From: Octopus vulgaris
Lineage: Eukaryota
Length of the DNA: 64,000 bases
Assembly (NCBI GenBank): GCA_951406725.2
Contig: OX597821.1
Location: 1,364,001 to 1,428,000, forward strand
Reading direction: 5' to 3'
Shown here: positions 1 to 13,157 of the stretch, piece after piece
Position numbering within the stretch: the first letter of the stretch is position 1
How the letters are laid out: the number at the start of each line of letters is the position of its first letter
Translations under genes and position numbers: made by a program
Notes under the pieces: model-generated
Told to the model about the DNA's origin: nothing
Databases searched by the model: none
The model's input: only the letters and a program-made list of their open reading frames with translations

Positions 1-163
1 TAGCAAGAAACAGGCTCATCCTTCTCACAGGCCTCACTGAAGATGTAAGCTGAAATAAATTTGTTAATTTCATTAATGATTTTACTCAGTAGAGTTAAGT
101 GGGTCGTCATAAACTGGTGTGATAAATAGTGGGTCGCGGCTCTAAAAAGTTTGGAAACCACTG
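1..163 (+). mobile_element. 3' end of hAT (Buster/Charlie-type) DNA transposon
   Basis: 2-28 translates SKKQAHPSH, typical Buster/Charlie transposase C-terminus. Ends in AAAAAGTTTGGAAACCACTG, the reverse complement of a CAGTGGTTTCCAAAC-type TIR. Confidence 0.65.
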
Positions 164-241
164 CCTTAGCTCACAAACGAGCACCAAAAAAAGGTTGTAC
201 TATAAATGGACCATCATCTCCATTAAATTTTACATACATAT

Positions 242-540
242 GATTATTATGCGTGGGTTACTTTTGAGTAAGAGACCCACAAAACTCTTTGTAACACCAA
301 AGACGAACTGAAGGTAACGATTATTGTAGCATTCATCAACTTACACAAGAAGACCATCCGGGAGATTCCGAAGTCGTCTGCAGGCCACGGTTGAAGCCAA
401 TAGCGATTTTATTGAATAAATTTACTTTTTCGCATTTAAAGATATTTTCATGTAATTTTGTTAAATATTTCTATAAATTGAGATGTCAGTGTTATTTTCA
501 TTTTTGTCTAATTTAGACGACAATTTATTCACTGCTCACT
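242..540 (+). mobile_element. Tc1/mariner transposase C-terminal remnant with probable 3' TIR
   Basis: Reads DYYAWVTFE*ETHKTLCNTKDELKVTIIVAF, then after a frameshift RFRSRLQATVEANSDFIE* (stop 417-419). Confidence 0.7.
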
Positions 541-548
541 CTCTCTCC

Positions 549-582
<34 letters not shown>

Positions 583-584
<2 letters not shown>

Positions 585-740
585 CTGAGCAAATCGACCC
601 CAGGGCTTATTCTTTGTAAGCCTAGTACTTATTCTATCAGACTCTTTTGCCGAGCCGCTAATTTTACGAGGACGTAAACACACCAGCATCGGTTGTCAAG
701 TGATGCTGCGGAGACAAACACAGACAAATGTATACACACA

Positions 741-824
<84 letters not shown>

Positions 825-936
825 TATGACGGGCTTCTTTCAGTTTCCGTCTACCAAATCCCCTCACAAGGCTTTGGTCGTCCCGAGGCTATACTAGAAG
901 ACACTTGATTAAAGTGCCATGCAGTGGAACTGAACC

Positions 937-939
<3 letters not shown>
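583..939 (-). mobile_element. tRNA-derived SINE, family 1 (internal TA microsatellite), truncated
   Basis: Reverse-complement match to the full copy at 22296-22827. Confidence 0.8.
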
Positions 940-981
<42 letters not shown>

Positions 982-1090
982 AAATTATGCATATACGTGC
1001 TTATATATATGTGTGTATAGGCGTTCGTATATGTAAATATAACGTATGTTCTGTATATATATGTATCTGTATTTATGTGCTTTCTGGTAT

Positions 1091-1149
1091 ATTCAACTGA
1101 AGAAGGCAGAGCTTCTCTGAAGCAAAGCCAGAAATCCAGGATCTTGAAT
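1091..1149 (+). ncRNA. Type I hammerhead ribozyme motif
   Basis: Stem I ATTCAA/TTGAAT; CTGAAGA 1097-1103; stem II GGC/GCC with flanking extra A; GAAA 1131-1134; TCCAGGA stem III; AUC cleavage triplet. Confidence 0.7.
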
Positions 1150-1955
1150 TATCCAGTTAAATCTCTTTTGCTAGTTTATTTTGCCTTTCTGTCTTCTCTC
1201 TTGGCGCGATATGAGCATTTATGGTGTTTTTCGGGTCAGGGTTTTGACTGCTATTTCCGCATGGTAGTATCTCTCAGATACCCTAATTTATAATTTAAAT
1301 AATTATTACCTTTGTATGGTATTCATTCCCATGCTGGTCACTAGATAAAATCGATATTTAAATATCGATATTATCCTTATATATTTACTTACATATAAAT
1401 ATATATATATATATATTTATATGTAAGTAAATATATATGTATATCTATTAACCTATATATGTACCTATCAATATGTATGTAATCTTAGTGTACATTTGTG
1501 CTTGCGTATGTCCTTAAAGAAGTCTGTGTTAAAATATGGAGATGTATACTTAGAATTTTAAAAAATGACTAACATATGTAGAAAAATATTTATTAAGAGC
1601 AGGCTTAATGTAATGCTGGTTTGATATCAATTTCGAGGTCGATGATCGATATAATAGTAAACAACTAAAGATCAGTGACTTTCATTATTCTCAATCGATC
1701 TCAGGACAATATTGGTACTGCATGGTTAAAACCATTTTGGACTAGTTCCTACAGCTTAAAGGATTATTTCTATCATCTACCTGACCGTCCGTCTTCCGCG
1801 TTTTGCTGCTTTACTATCTGTGGATTTGATATGTGAATGAACACATAGATATACACATGTGTACACAGACACACACACTAACACTTGTAGCCACACACAT
1901 ACGCGAGCGGGAATTTGCACACGAATACACACACGCACACGCACGCATATATAAA

Positions 1956-2000
<45 letters not shown>

Positions 2001-2267
2001 CCGCACACACATCTATACATAAGCATGCATATATCTTTCTCTCTCTCTCTATCAATATATAGGTATGCGGATACACAGTCACTAAGAGACACATATATGC
2101 CTATAAAAGCCCCCATACATACATGCATATATATATATATGTACATATATATATATATATATATATAAATATATATATATGCATATATATGTATATGTAT
2201 ATATCTATATATGTATGTACGCATCTATCTAACTCTATATATGTCTATACATATATATGTATATATG

Positions 2268-2323
<56 letters not shown>

Positions 2324-2529
2324 TGATATTTTTGCCATTTCATATATGGCTAATAAGGGTGGATGCTACTGTAGTTTTAGCCCCAGGAGGACACATATGC
2401 AGTATGCAAAGGGAAGTCATCCTTCCCGTCTTATATACACACGGTAGGTATTACCTCTCGTCAGCGTGTATATATCATAGTTGTATGTACGCATCTATCT
2501 AACTCTATATACATATATATGTATATATG

Positions 2530-2576
<47 letters not shown>

Positions 2577-2739
2577 TGACGTATTTTTGCCATTTCAATA
2601 TGGCTAACCCCTAAGGGTGGATGCTACTGTAGTTTTTAGCCCAGGAGGACACACTCTTCCAGCTGGCCATAGACACACTTTCTGTGTCCTGTCAGTATTT
2701 GCAAAGGAAGTCATCCTTCCCGTCTTCAACTTATGGATA

Positions 2740-2784
2740 CACACGGACTCGAGTTTCGAGGTATTGACCTCTCGTCAGCGTGTG
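2740..2784 (-). ncRNA. Type I hammerhead ribozyme
   Basis: Reverse complement of the 3170-3214 ribozyme; a further copy with shortened stem I at 3092-3134. Confidence 0.85.
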
Positions 2785-3169
2785 ACAATCATAGTTGTCG
2801 GCGAGAATTAGATTCCTTCACAAATACTTATACTTTTTCCAGCGTCCACTGTCGCTGATATTGAAAAAGTGAAATCAAACAATGATAAATATCAAAGTGA
2901 GTTATATACAGTAGCGGTAACACATCGTGACGTATTTTTGCCATTTCAATATGGCTAACCCCTAAGGGTGGATGCTACTGTAGTTTTTAGCGCCAGGAGG
3001 ACACACTCCTCCAGCTGGCCATAGACACACTTTCTGTGTCCTGTCAGTATTTGCAAAGGGAAGTCATCCTTCCCGTCTTCAACTTATGATACACACGGAC
3101 TCGAGTTTCGAGGTATTGACCTCTCGTCAGCGTGAAAGGAATCTAATTCTCGCCGACAACTATGATTGT

Positions 3170-3214
3170 CACACGCTGACGAGAGGTCAATACCTCGAAA
3201 CTCGAGTCCGTGTG
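3170..3214 (+). ncRNA. Type I hammerhead ribozyme
   Basis: CACACG-CTGACGA-GAGG(TCAATA)CCTC-GAAA-CTCGAG-TC-CGTGTG: full core, perfect stems I and II, GUC site. Confidence 0.88.
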
Positions 3215-3462
3215 TATCATAAGTTGAAGACGGGAAGGATGACTTCCCTTTGCAAATACTGACAGGACACAGAAAGTGTGTCTATGGCCAGCTGAAGGAG
3301 TGTGTCCTCCTGGGGCTAAAAACTACAGTAGCATCCACCCTTAAGGGTTAGCCATATTGAAATGGCAAAAATACGTCACGATGTGTTACCGCTACTGTAT
3401 ATAACTCACTTTGATATTTATCATTAAATATATATAAAATATATATATATATATATATATAT

Positions 3463-3885
3463 ATTGGAAGGTTTGGAGATGATGTGCAGGTATTTTATAT
3501 TAGAAGAAATGAGGTACTCAGAAAATGGTATGGTTTATATTTACAGATATTTATTTATATATTACATTTTTTATACATCATATAACTGTAATTTGATTGT
3601 TCACTTTGAATTGATGAAGGGTGATTTTTTCTAATATTTTATGTATATGTATGTATATATATATATATATATATATAGTGGTATAAATATCAACACAATT
3701 ATTTCACCTTTTTCCTTTTTTTTTCTCCTCTCTTCCCTTCTCCAAACTCACAGACACCCACACACACACGCGCACACCTCCACAAAACAATCATAAAAAG
3801 AATTCTTCTTCTAAACCCCAAAAACATTTGACCACACCTCATTAAACACACATACACACACACACACATACACACACACACACAC

Positions 3886-3918
<33 letters not shown>

Positions 3919-4178
3919 CACACACACAAACACACTCTCTCTCTCTCACAATAATAAAAAGAAATATAATTTATGGTCTACCTCCCCGCCACTACACAAT
4001 AACACTATGAAATGGTCAAAACTTTTCACACAAGAACTTAGTTTGATTTGAAAACCCCACTAGAATGGGAGAAAGCGCTAATGATCTAAGTGATATGATA
4101 TATATGTAAAAAATGTAATATATAAATAAATATCTGTAAATATAAACCATCCGATCTTCTGATTACCTCATTTCTTCT

Positions 4179-4182
<4 letters not shown>
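3463..4182. repeat. TA-flanked repeat family C in inverted arrangement
   Basis: TTAGAAGAAATGAGGTA...TATATTACATTTTTT on + at about 3500-3575 and on - at 4081-4182; same family at 9281-9673. Confidence 0.65.
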
Positions 4183-4226
<44 letters not shown>

Positions 4227-4523
4227 ATCTACACGCGCATGCACAGACAGACACGGACACACACGCATACACATACATACATACACAAGCACACACACGC
4301 ATCTCACATGCATACACACACGCACACGCACACACATGCACACACGCGCATACACACACATATCCGCACGAACACACGCCCACATACATACGACGAGTTT
4401 CTTTTTGGTTTCCGTCCACCGAATCCCCGGATCTGCCTTAGGCTATGGTAGAAGACGCGTGCGCAACGACACTGAGATCGAAGCCATGTGGTTGGTCAGC
4501 AAGCTTCTTACCACGCGGCCATG

Positions 4524-4730
<207 letters not shown>

Positions 4731-4832
4731 TTTTTTATTGGCTAACTGGCAATATGACCATCCCCAAATACAACAATATCTGTTGCAACACACGATTTCA
4801 CATCAAGAAACTTGCAAAACGAATATATAAAC

Positions 4833-4876
<44 letters not shown>

Positions 4877-4979
4877 TCACATGCTCTCATTTATAATAGT
4901 AAGCAATCATAAGCACGACATATACATACATAATGATAATAAAACGAATGGTTTTATATACATACATATATGTAATATG

Positions 4980-5011
<32 letters not shown>

Positions 5012-5424
5012 CATTCTTTTATTCTTTTACTGGTTTCAGCCATTTAAATGTGGCTATACTGGAGCACAGCCTTAAATATATCTATCTATCTAGATAGATA
5101 GATAGCTATCTCTATGTATGTGTGTCGATCTGTGTGTGTGTGTACGTGCATGCATGTGTATGTTTATATATATATGTGTGTGTGTGGATGTGTGTGTGTA
5201 TATACACATATATATTCATATTTTGATGTATATATATTATTTGTCCATTGACATACTTCATACGGGCACAATTCTGCACATACACACACTTGAATTCGCT
5301 TTGACCGAATTAAATTATTTCTACCCTATTGAGTTCTTTGTACTACTTTTCGTTGCTATGAATGGCAACTCACGCGTATACACACATACACGCAAATATA
5401 TAACATCTACATAAAATATTTTCT

Positions 5425-5508
<84 letters not shown>

Positions 5509-8231
5509 AGTGTATACATAGATATAGCTAAACGTGTGCACGTTTGTATATAAACGTGTTGAAAATGGCTGACAAATGACTAACATCATTTAGAAAGGAA
5601 TTCAGATTACTGATGCTGATTCTGCATATGATAGAGATACTTTTGACATGAATAAAACCCGCAGCAACAACAGCAGCAACAGCAATATCAGGAACACCAG
5701 CAACACCACCATCACCGACAGCAGCAGCAGCAGTAGTAATACGAATGACAAGAACAGCAACACAATAAGCAGGAATAACAATGGGAAAAGCATGTAACAA
5801 AACATAATCAATGTAAGTAATTGAAACGTTAACGATAGTATTGACTTGGCGTAGTGAATAGCAGTGAATATCACTAGGACTGCATTGTTATTTCTATTTG
5901 CGCTAAAACTGAAGATGGCTTCTTTATATGCTTTTGCCTTGTTTTGTTTGTTTGTTTGTTATAGCTTAGCTAGAAGAGGAAAGGCTTTTCAGAGCTTTCG
6001 AGCCCCGAGCTACGAATTGTGAATGTCGTTTTTATCCTTATTCTGGAAACTTGACCCAAATGCTTACAACATATTAGCATCCGTTAAAGGATTCCAAGGA
6101 TCCCAAGTTGCAGCTTTCGGTGTTGAACGGATTAAAGTAGAACACCGAACAAAAGTGACGTTTCCTCAATATGTTCTCCATTTATCGCTCACTAAATTTC
6201 ACTCACAGCAATGAATCACACTCGTATTTCTAAAAACATGTTTTGGTAGACCTATGTCCAATGTTTCTCTTTGGCTTGTTACGCTAGTAACGAATCGAAA
6301 GTCTTACACCCAACGAAAATAACGTTTTCTTTTGCGCGGTCTTCTGTTATCGTCCTCTAAAGTTCTTCCTCATCAATATGAGTGTTTATACATACTCCCA
6401 TGAGTATTTAAAAAAAGTTTTTGAGGAGACCGATACCCAATACTTGTTTGTTGCTCGTCACACTGGCGAAACTCAAATACTGTTATTGTGAAATTCTTGC
6501 TACAATCTCCATGAGGTCATGCTATGAATTTACCATAGAATAGGAATGGACGTGAAACTGTAGTTGCAAATCAAATTGCCTTTGATCCTACGACAGTATC
6601 TGTATCTGTTAAACGATAGCAAAGCGATAACAAAAATATGAACTAATAAATACGTATCAATAATAGCTACAATTAAATGATAAGCTTAAAGGCTCGACAT
6701 ATTTTGCTTTTTTTTGTAGGTACTGGCGTTTCCCACTCGTTGCCATTGTAAGCGTTTTATTGATTCGGAAAGGCGGAGAAGAAAAATGAAGTCCAACTGG
6801 CAAGATGCTCAGGAAGGAAGGGGACGTTACTGAGTACAGCTTGCCTTTAAATACAATATCACAGCTCTCTGTCACTCACTGTTACCATCATTGACGTCCC
6901 CAGAATCACCACAACAACAGCAACAGTGATAACAACAACTACAGGCTAACGAACGGAACCTATAAGTAGTTAGTGAACCTGTTAGAAAAAGCAGGTAGAT
7001 CACCCTCAAATTATACAGCAATTATCTATGGTGTTTTCCTGGATGTCTGAACGAAGATAGAATGGGTCTGGAAGATCATGGTTGGAAGCCTTTGAGTATT
7101 GGTTTGCTCACACGGGACTGACCAAGGGTTCAACAACAACTGCAACAACAAAAATAATGACAGCAACAACAATAAACTCGAAAACTACGTACAATAACAA
7201 TATTGATTTTTGTTGACATTAAAAAAATAGCTAGAATGGTATTAACGGTGGGATGAGTTCATTTTATAGATCTCAGTAAATCGATTTCATCGATTCAGGT
7301 TCGATGAAATCAATTTGCAGTTAACATGAGCGGGATTTGTATGTGAAGCATAAAGGAAGTCCCTCGATGTGGAAATAAAGATGATGGTTATGTGACGAAA
7401 ATAATGAGTACTGATAATGGCAGTATTTATTTTATGAATACTTATAATGTAACATTAAAAGAGTATAGATAATGAGAGTACCAATACTAGGACTATCAAA
7501 ACGAAAGTACCAGAATAAGAGCACCAATATTGAAAGTACAAATAACAGGAGTATCGGAGATAGGAGTATCAATAATGGAATTCACAAAAAGAGAGCATCA
7601 CAATGAGATAATAATACCTAGAGTACAAAGAGCAGCAGAACCGAAAAGATTTGGAGGGAATCTAGCTGATTACATGGACCCCAGTGCGTAACTGGTACTT
7701 CTTTTATTGACCGACCTCTTGAAGATGAAAAACAATGTTGACATTTGAACTCAGACCGCACACATGGATGAAATGCCGCTAAGCATTTTGCTCGACGTAG
7801 TAGGAATACTGCCAGCTCAGGAGTACAAACATTGCAGCTAACAAAATGAGAGTGCCACAATGAGATATTAATAACTAGATTACGCAAAGCAGCAGGGTCA
7901 AAAAACGCGAATATTAATTCTTTACGCTATAGGCACAAGGCCTGGAATTTTGGAAAGGTGGCTGGCAAATTATATCGATCCCAATGTGAAAATAGTAGAT
8001 TCTTTTTATCGATTCCTAAAAGATGGAAGGCAAAGTCGGCATTGGGGAAACTTGAACTCAGAACCTAAACGGAGGCGAAATGACGCTTGGAATTTTGCTC
8101 GGTGTGCTAACGATTCTGACAGCTCAAGGATTTATGATGCTGCTGCTGATGATGATGATAATCATCATCATCATCATCATAATAAAAACAGCAATAACAA
8201 CAACAATAATGATAACAGTAATAATAATTGC

Positions 8232-8642
8232 CTTGATGCAGTACCAGGCAGTGGCTCTCGTGGCTTCTGATCTTAACTGTGTTATCATGTACGTTGTTTT
8301 GTCTTGGTATAAAAGATGGGCTACAGCAAATATTCTGCTCAATACCACAGATTTGCTTGTCAGTTGTTTGACCTTAACCAGTTGAACAAGTCCCTTAGTG
8401 GCTGACGATATGTGCATCTCTGATCATGAGTAGAAGTAGTGGGGGAGCATCATAGCCATGTGTTGAGAGGGATTCTTTGGCATTTGAATAATTCACCTCT
8501 GGAAACATGGGTGGTTGGTTCAACATTCTTAAACAACCCTTATTCAGGGACCTTTTGAGCGGTATGAGTTACTGAACCAGAAGAAAATTCTAAATGGGCC
8601 CCACCAGCAAGGTCATGTGCTGTTTATCTTGATATGAGATCA
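8232..8642. mobile_element. (AAT)n-associated interspersed repeat, ~560-bp family
   Basis: Near-identical copies at 12720-13157, 13197-13402 plus 16304-16643, with diverged pieces near 24880-25030 and 41520-41567; adjacent to AAT tracts. Confidence 0.75.
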
Positions 8643-9280
8643 TATATGCATACACAAATATTCATGTGGCCGCACACTAAATGAATGAAAGAAGCAAAAG
8701 ATAATTATGCGAAATGGCATCGCACTGCATGAAACTCATATTTTACGCAATGACCTCCCAATACACTAAGATAATTCACACAAAACTTATACTAAACTAT
8801 CATTAAATATTATATACCTCTACACACAGCACATACTACAGTCATCTCTCAATTCAATAAAAGAGCTAACGCGAAACATATTCTATAAAACCATCAAAGA
8901 GTGTTGTAACTCCATACATAAATTGTGTTCAACGTAGTTCAGTTCTCGACGCCATAAACGAAATCCATATATTCTCTGTTATATTTTGTCTTTTACTTGT
9001 GTCAAGCATCCGATTGCGGCCATTGTGGGATGTACCTTGAAGTGTCACGTAAGCAAATCGCTCCCAGTACTTATACACACACATACACACGCACACACAT
9101 ATGCACGGCCAGTTATAGACAATGGCCATTATATATTTGACTTTTGTAAGAACAAATTTGGCTGACAGCTGTTTCCAGTAGTCATAATAAGTACGTAACT
9201 GATAGGTTTAATCAATCAATTTATTGATCAGTTGAGGAAAAATTGAACTAATGAGAAATATATATATATATATATATATA

Positions 9281-9673
9281 TTGGAAGGTTTGGAGATGAT
9301 GTGCAGGTATTATATGTTAGAAGAAATGAGGTAATCAGAAGATCGGATGGTTTATATTTACAGATCTTTATTTATATATTACATTTTTTATATATATATC
9401 ATATCACTTAGATCATTAGCGCTTTCTCCCATTCTAGTGGGGTTTTCAAATCAAAATAATTCCTTTGTGGGGAATTTTAATCATTTTATAGAGTTTCGTA
9501 GATGTGGGGAGGACTATATGACAGTACAAGAGGGTGAGGTGGATGAGGAGAAAGTGAGAGAGAGAACATGTGTATGATCTAAGTGATATGATATATATGT
9601 AAAAAATGTAATATATAAATAAATATCTGTAAATATAAACCATCCGATCTTCTGATTACCTCATTTCTTCTAA
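9281..9673. repeat. Palindromic TA-flanked element (family C)
   Basis: Arms about 9317-9416 and 9574-9673 are near-perfect reverse complements. Confidence 0.85.
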
Positions 9674-9750
9674 TATATATATATATATAATATAATATAT
9701 ATATATATATATATATAATATAATATATATATATATATATAATATAATAT

Positions 9751-9784
<34 letters not shown>

Positions 9785-9796
9785 AATATATATATA

Positions 9797-9960
9797 GGCG
9801 TAGGAGTGGGTGTGTAGTAAGTACATTGCTTACCAACCACATGGTTCCCGGTTCAGTCCTACTGCGAGGCACCTTGGGCAAGTGTCTTCTACTATAGACC
9901 CGGGTTGACCAAAGCCTTGTGAGTGGATTTGGTAGACGGAAACTGAAAGAAGGCCGTCGT
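9797..9960 (+). mobile_element. SINE family 1, 5' half
   Basis: tRNA-like head (A box, GGTTCAGTCC B box) matching 22296. Confidence 0.8.
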
Positions 9961-9987
9961 ATATATGTATATATATGTATATATATT

Positions 9988-10039
<52 letters not shown>

Positions 10040-10040
10040 T

Positions 10041-10952
10041 AGGTAAACAGTAAAAATAATTACAGACATGGACAAGAACATGAAACGCCACAGAGACGAC
10101 ACAAGAACCACAGGACGGGACATTCGAAGCCCTCAGTCATCAGTCAAGAACCAGATCATCTTAGCAATTTCGGCTGATTAATCTTGAGATTGCTCCGATA
10201 TGGGCAGCCCGCCAAGGGAAATCTAAGCCAAGCGCATTAGATCCCCTGGAAGAAAGCTTCGAATGTATACAACACGAGGACGGAAAACGAACGAAGTACA
10301 CGAACAAAAATACAGAATACGTGACACCAATAAGAATACAAAAACGTAAAAACAATAACGGTAAAAATAAAAAAATAAACAACAAAACAAAACCAGGACG
10401 TAGGACAAGGGTCTTTCGACAGGACGAGTTGAGTATGGGGCTGGCTTATGAAGTTGTGCCTAATGGCCGCAGGGAGACGAACAAATACGTGTTGCTTCGG
10501 CGGCTGCTGGAACGAAAAGAGCGCTCAACAGCGGCTAGCGGTCACGTGAGAACAAAAGACAGGAGAAAGGGACAGATGAAAAGAGAGAGAAGGTGGACGA
10601 GGGAGGAGAAGAAAGAGACAGATCGAGGGGGCTGGAGGTGAGAGAGATAGAGAAACGTAGAAGGGGGGGGAAGACGGATGGAGAGGGAAAGAAAGGAAGG
10701 GGAATAAGGGAGGAGAGAGAGAGAGAGAAAGAGACAGATTAAGAGTCGTATCAATGCTTGAGAAAAAATATATACTTATCGTATAAGGACAATTGTGGAT
10801 ACGTAGCCGCCGATTATATAGGTAAACAGTAAAAATAATTACAGACATGGACAAGAACATGAAACGCCACAGAGACGACACAAGAACCACAGGACGGGAC
10901 ATTCGAAGCCCTCAGTCATCAGTCAAGAACCAGATCATCTTAGCAATTTCGG

Positions 10953-10954
<2 letters not shown>
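10041..10954. mobile_element. TA-embedded element with 135-bp terminal direct repeats
   Basis: 10041-10175 matches 10820-10954; both outer ends abut (TA)n. Confidence 0.8.
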
Positions 10955-11046
<92 letters not shown>

Positions 11047-11439
11047 TTGTGTGCCTGTGTTTGTCCCAATGTGGTTGGAAAGAAAAATTTCTTTCAGCAC
11101 ACCCACCCCTATATTCCTCACAATCCCCTTCCAAATTCTACAAAACTTTGCAGAATCTGAGAAAACAAAACGAAAAATTATGGTAAAACAATAGAACAAA
11201 ACGGCAACACAACGAACTTAATGTAAGACCAACAAATGAAGATTTCACAAACCTACGCCATTAGGAAAATATCAACAACAACAACTGTAGCAACAATATT
11301 AATATAACTGTTCGCCCACTTGTCCGCCCCGCCACACTCCCCGTAAGCAGATGCACCTGGAAGCTTAGCAAAAGACTCACATGGAAAGCACTGAAGACGA
11401 ATAACAACCGCAACGACGCACTCAGCGTCATCTGCAACA

Positions 11440-11510
11440 GCAGCAGCAACAACAACAACAAGAATAGTAATAATGATACTACTACTACTTCTACTACAAC
11501 AACAGCAACA

Positions 11511-11548
<38 letters not shown>

Positions 11549-11574
11549 AAGAACAACAACAACAACAACAACAG

Positions 11575-11607
<33 letters not shown>

Positions 11608-12178
11608 ATAATAATAATAATAATAATAATGAAGATGAGAAGAAAAAGAAGAAACTGACAATAAAAACTGCAAATGATGATAAGAGTAATGATGCTGTTG
11701 TTGATCATAATAGCAATGATGATGATGATAATAATGTTCATGATGATGACGACAACGACGATGATCAAAATTATATTGAAAAAATGGCGGTGAAACTGAT
11801 ATTAATATTACTGATGATGATGATGATGATGATGATAATTAGAAGATGAAAATACAATATAAACTGCAAATGATGATAATAGTAATGATGCTGTTGTTGA
11901 TAATAATAACAATGATGACGATGATAACGATGATGACGGTGACGACGAAGATGATAATTAATGATGATGATGATGATGATGATGATGAAAATTATTTTGA
12001 AAAAACAGCGATGAAAATGATATTAATATTACAATACTGATGATGATAATGATAATGGTGAAGATGATGATGATGATAATAATAATGATAATAAAAACAA
12101 GATGAAGAATGACAGTAAAAACTACAAATGATTATAATAATAACAATGACGATGATTGTGACGATGATGATGATGATG

Positions 12179-12241
<63 letters not shown>

Positions 12242-12335
12242 GCAATAACAATAGCAAAAACAACAATAATAATGACGCTCATGATGATAATAAGGGTAAT
12301 AATAACAACAACTACAATATCAATGGTAATAAATA
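11440..12335. repeat. Compound trinucleotide microsatellites (CTA/CAA/AAT/GAT)
   Basis: Direct inspection. Confidence 0.9.
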
Positions 12336-12632
12336 AGTTTCTAAATAAAAGAAAATAAATAAATGATGTGAATAATAGTAAATCAATAATCGATAAATGT
12401 TGAGTGCGGGGTTAAAATCTGTGACAATACAAATATCTCTAATTAGTACAATCTGGAATTGTATTTATTATTTATGATATTTTCTCTGTATTTTCTTGCC
12501 GTCCACTTTGATATTGTTCCGTTAGTGAGGTTTGTGTTACTTCCACGTATAACTCTGACTACACTGTTTATACGACACCACTTCCCATCATAATGCTCAT
12601 AATAGCAGCAGTAGTAGTAATAATAATAATAA

Positions 12633-12679
<47 letters not shown>

Positions 12680-12719
12680 ATAATAATCATAACAACAACA
12701 ACAATAATAATAATAATAA

Positions 12720-13157
12720 AAGATGGGCTACAGCAAATATTCTGCTCAATACCACAGACTTGCTTGTCAGTTGTTTGATCTTAACCAGTTGAGCATGTCC
12801 CTTAGTGACTGACGATGTGTGCATCTCTGATCACGAGCAGAAGTAGTGGGGGAGCATCATAGCCATGTGTTGAGAAGGAATTCTTAAAGGTTTGGATAAT
12901 TCACCTTTAGAAACAATCGTTATTCAAGGACCTTTTGATCGGGATGGCTTACTCGACCAGAAGAAAATTATAACTGGGCCCCACCTGCAAGGTCATTTGC
13001 TGTTTATCTTGATATGAGATCACCATGTCGCTCACATATGGTTGTGATGCATGTGCTTAATCTACCCTTATCAGACGGGTGATCATGACGGGTATATTGG
13101 GCTTCGTATATTTTATCCCAGTGCCACTTTGATGGCATGCTATGCTCTCTCACTCAA
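12720..13157. mobile_element. (AAT)n-associated repeat copy
   Basis: Matches 8310-8642 and 16304-16643. Confidence 0.75.

Larger units (their letters stand above)
2572..3425. mobile_element. ~352-bp hammerhead-bearing tandem plus inverted repeat element (retrozyme/PLE pLTR-like)
   Basis: Unit starts at 2572 and 2924; inversion at about 3134/3135; flanked by (TA)n; three hammerhead copies. Confidence 0.8.
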
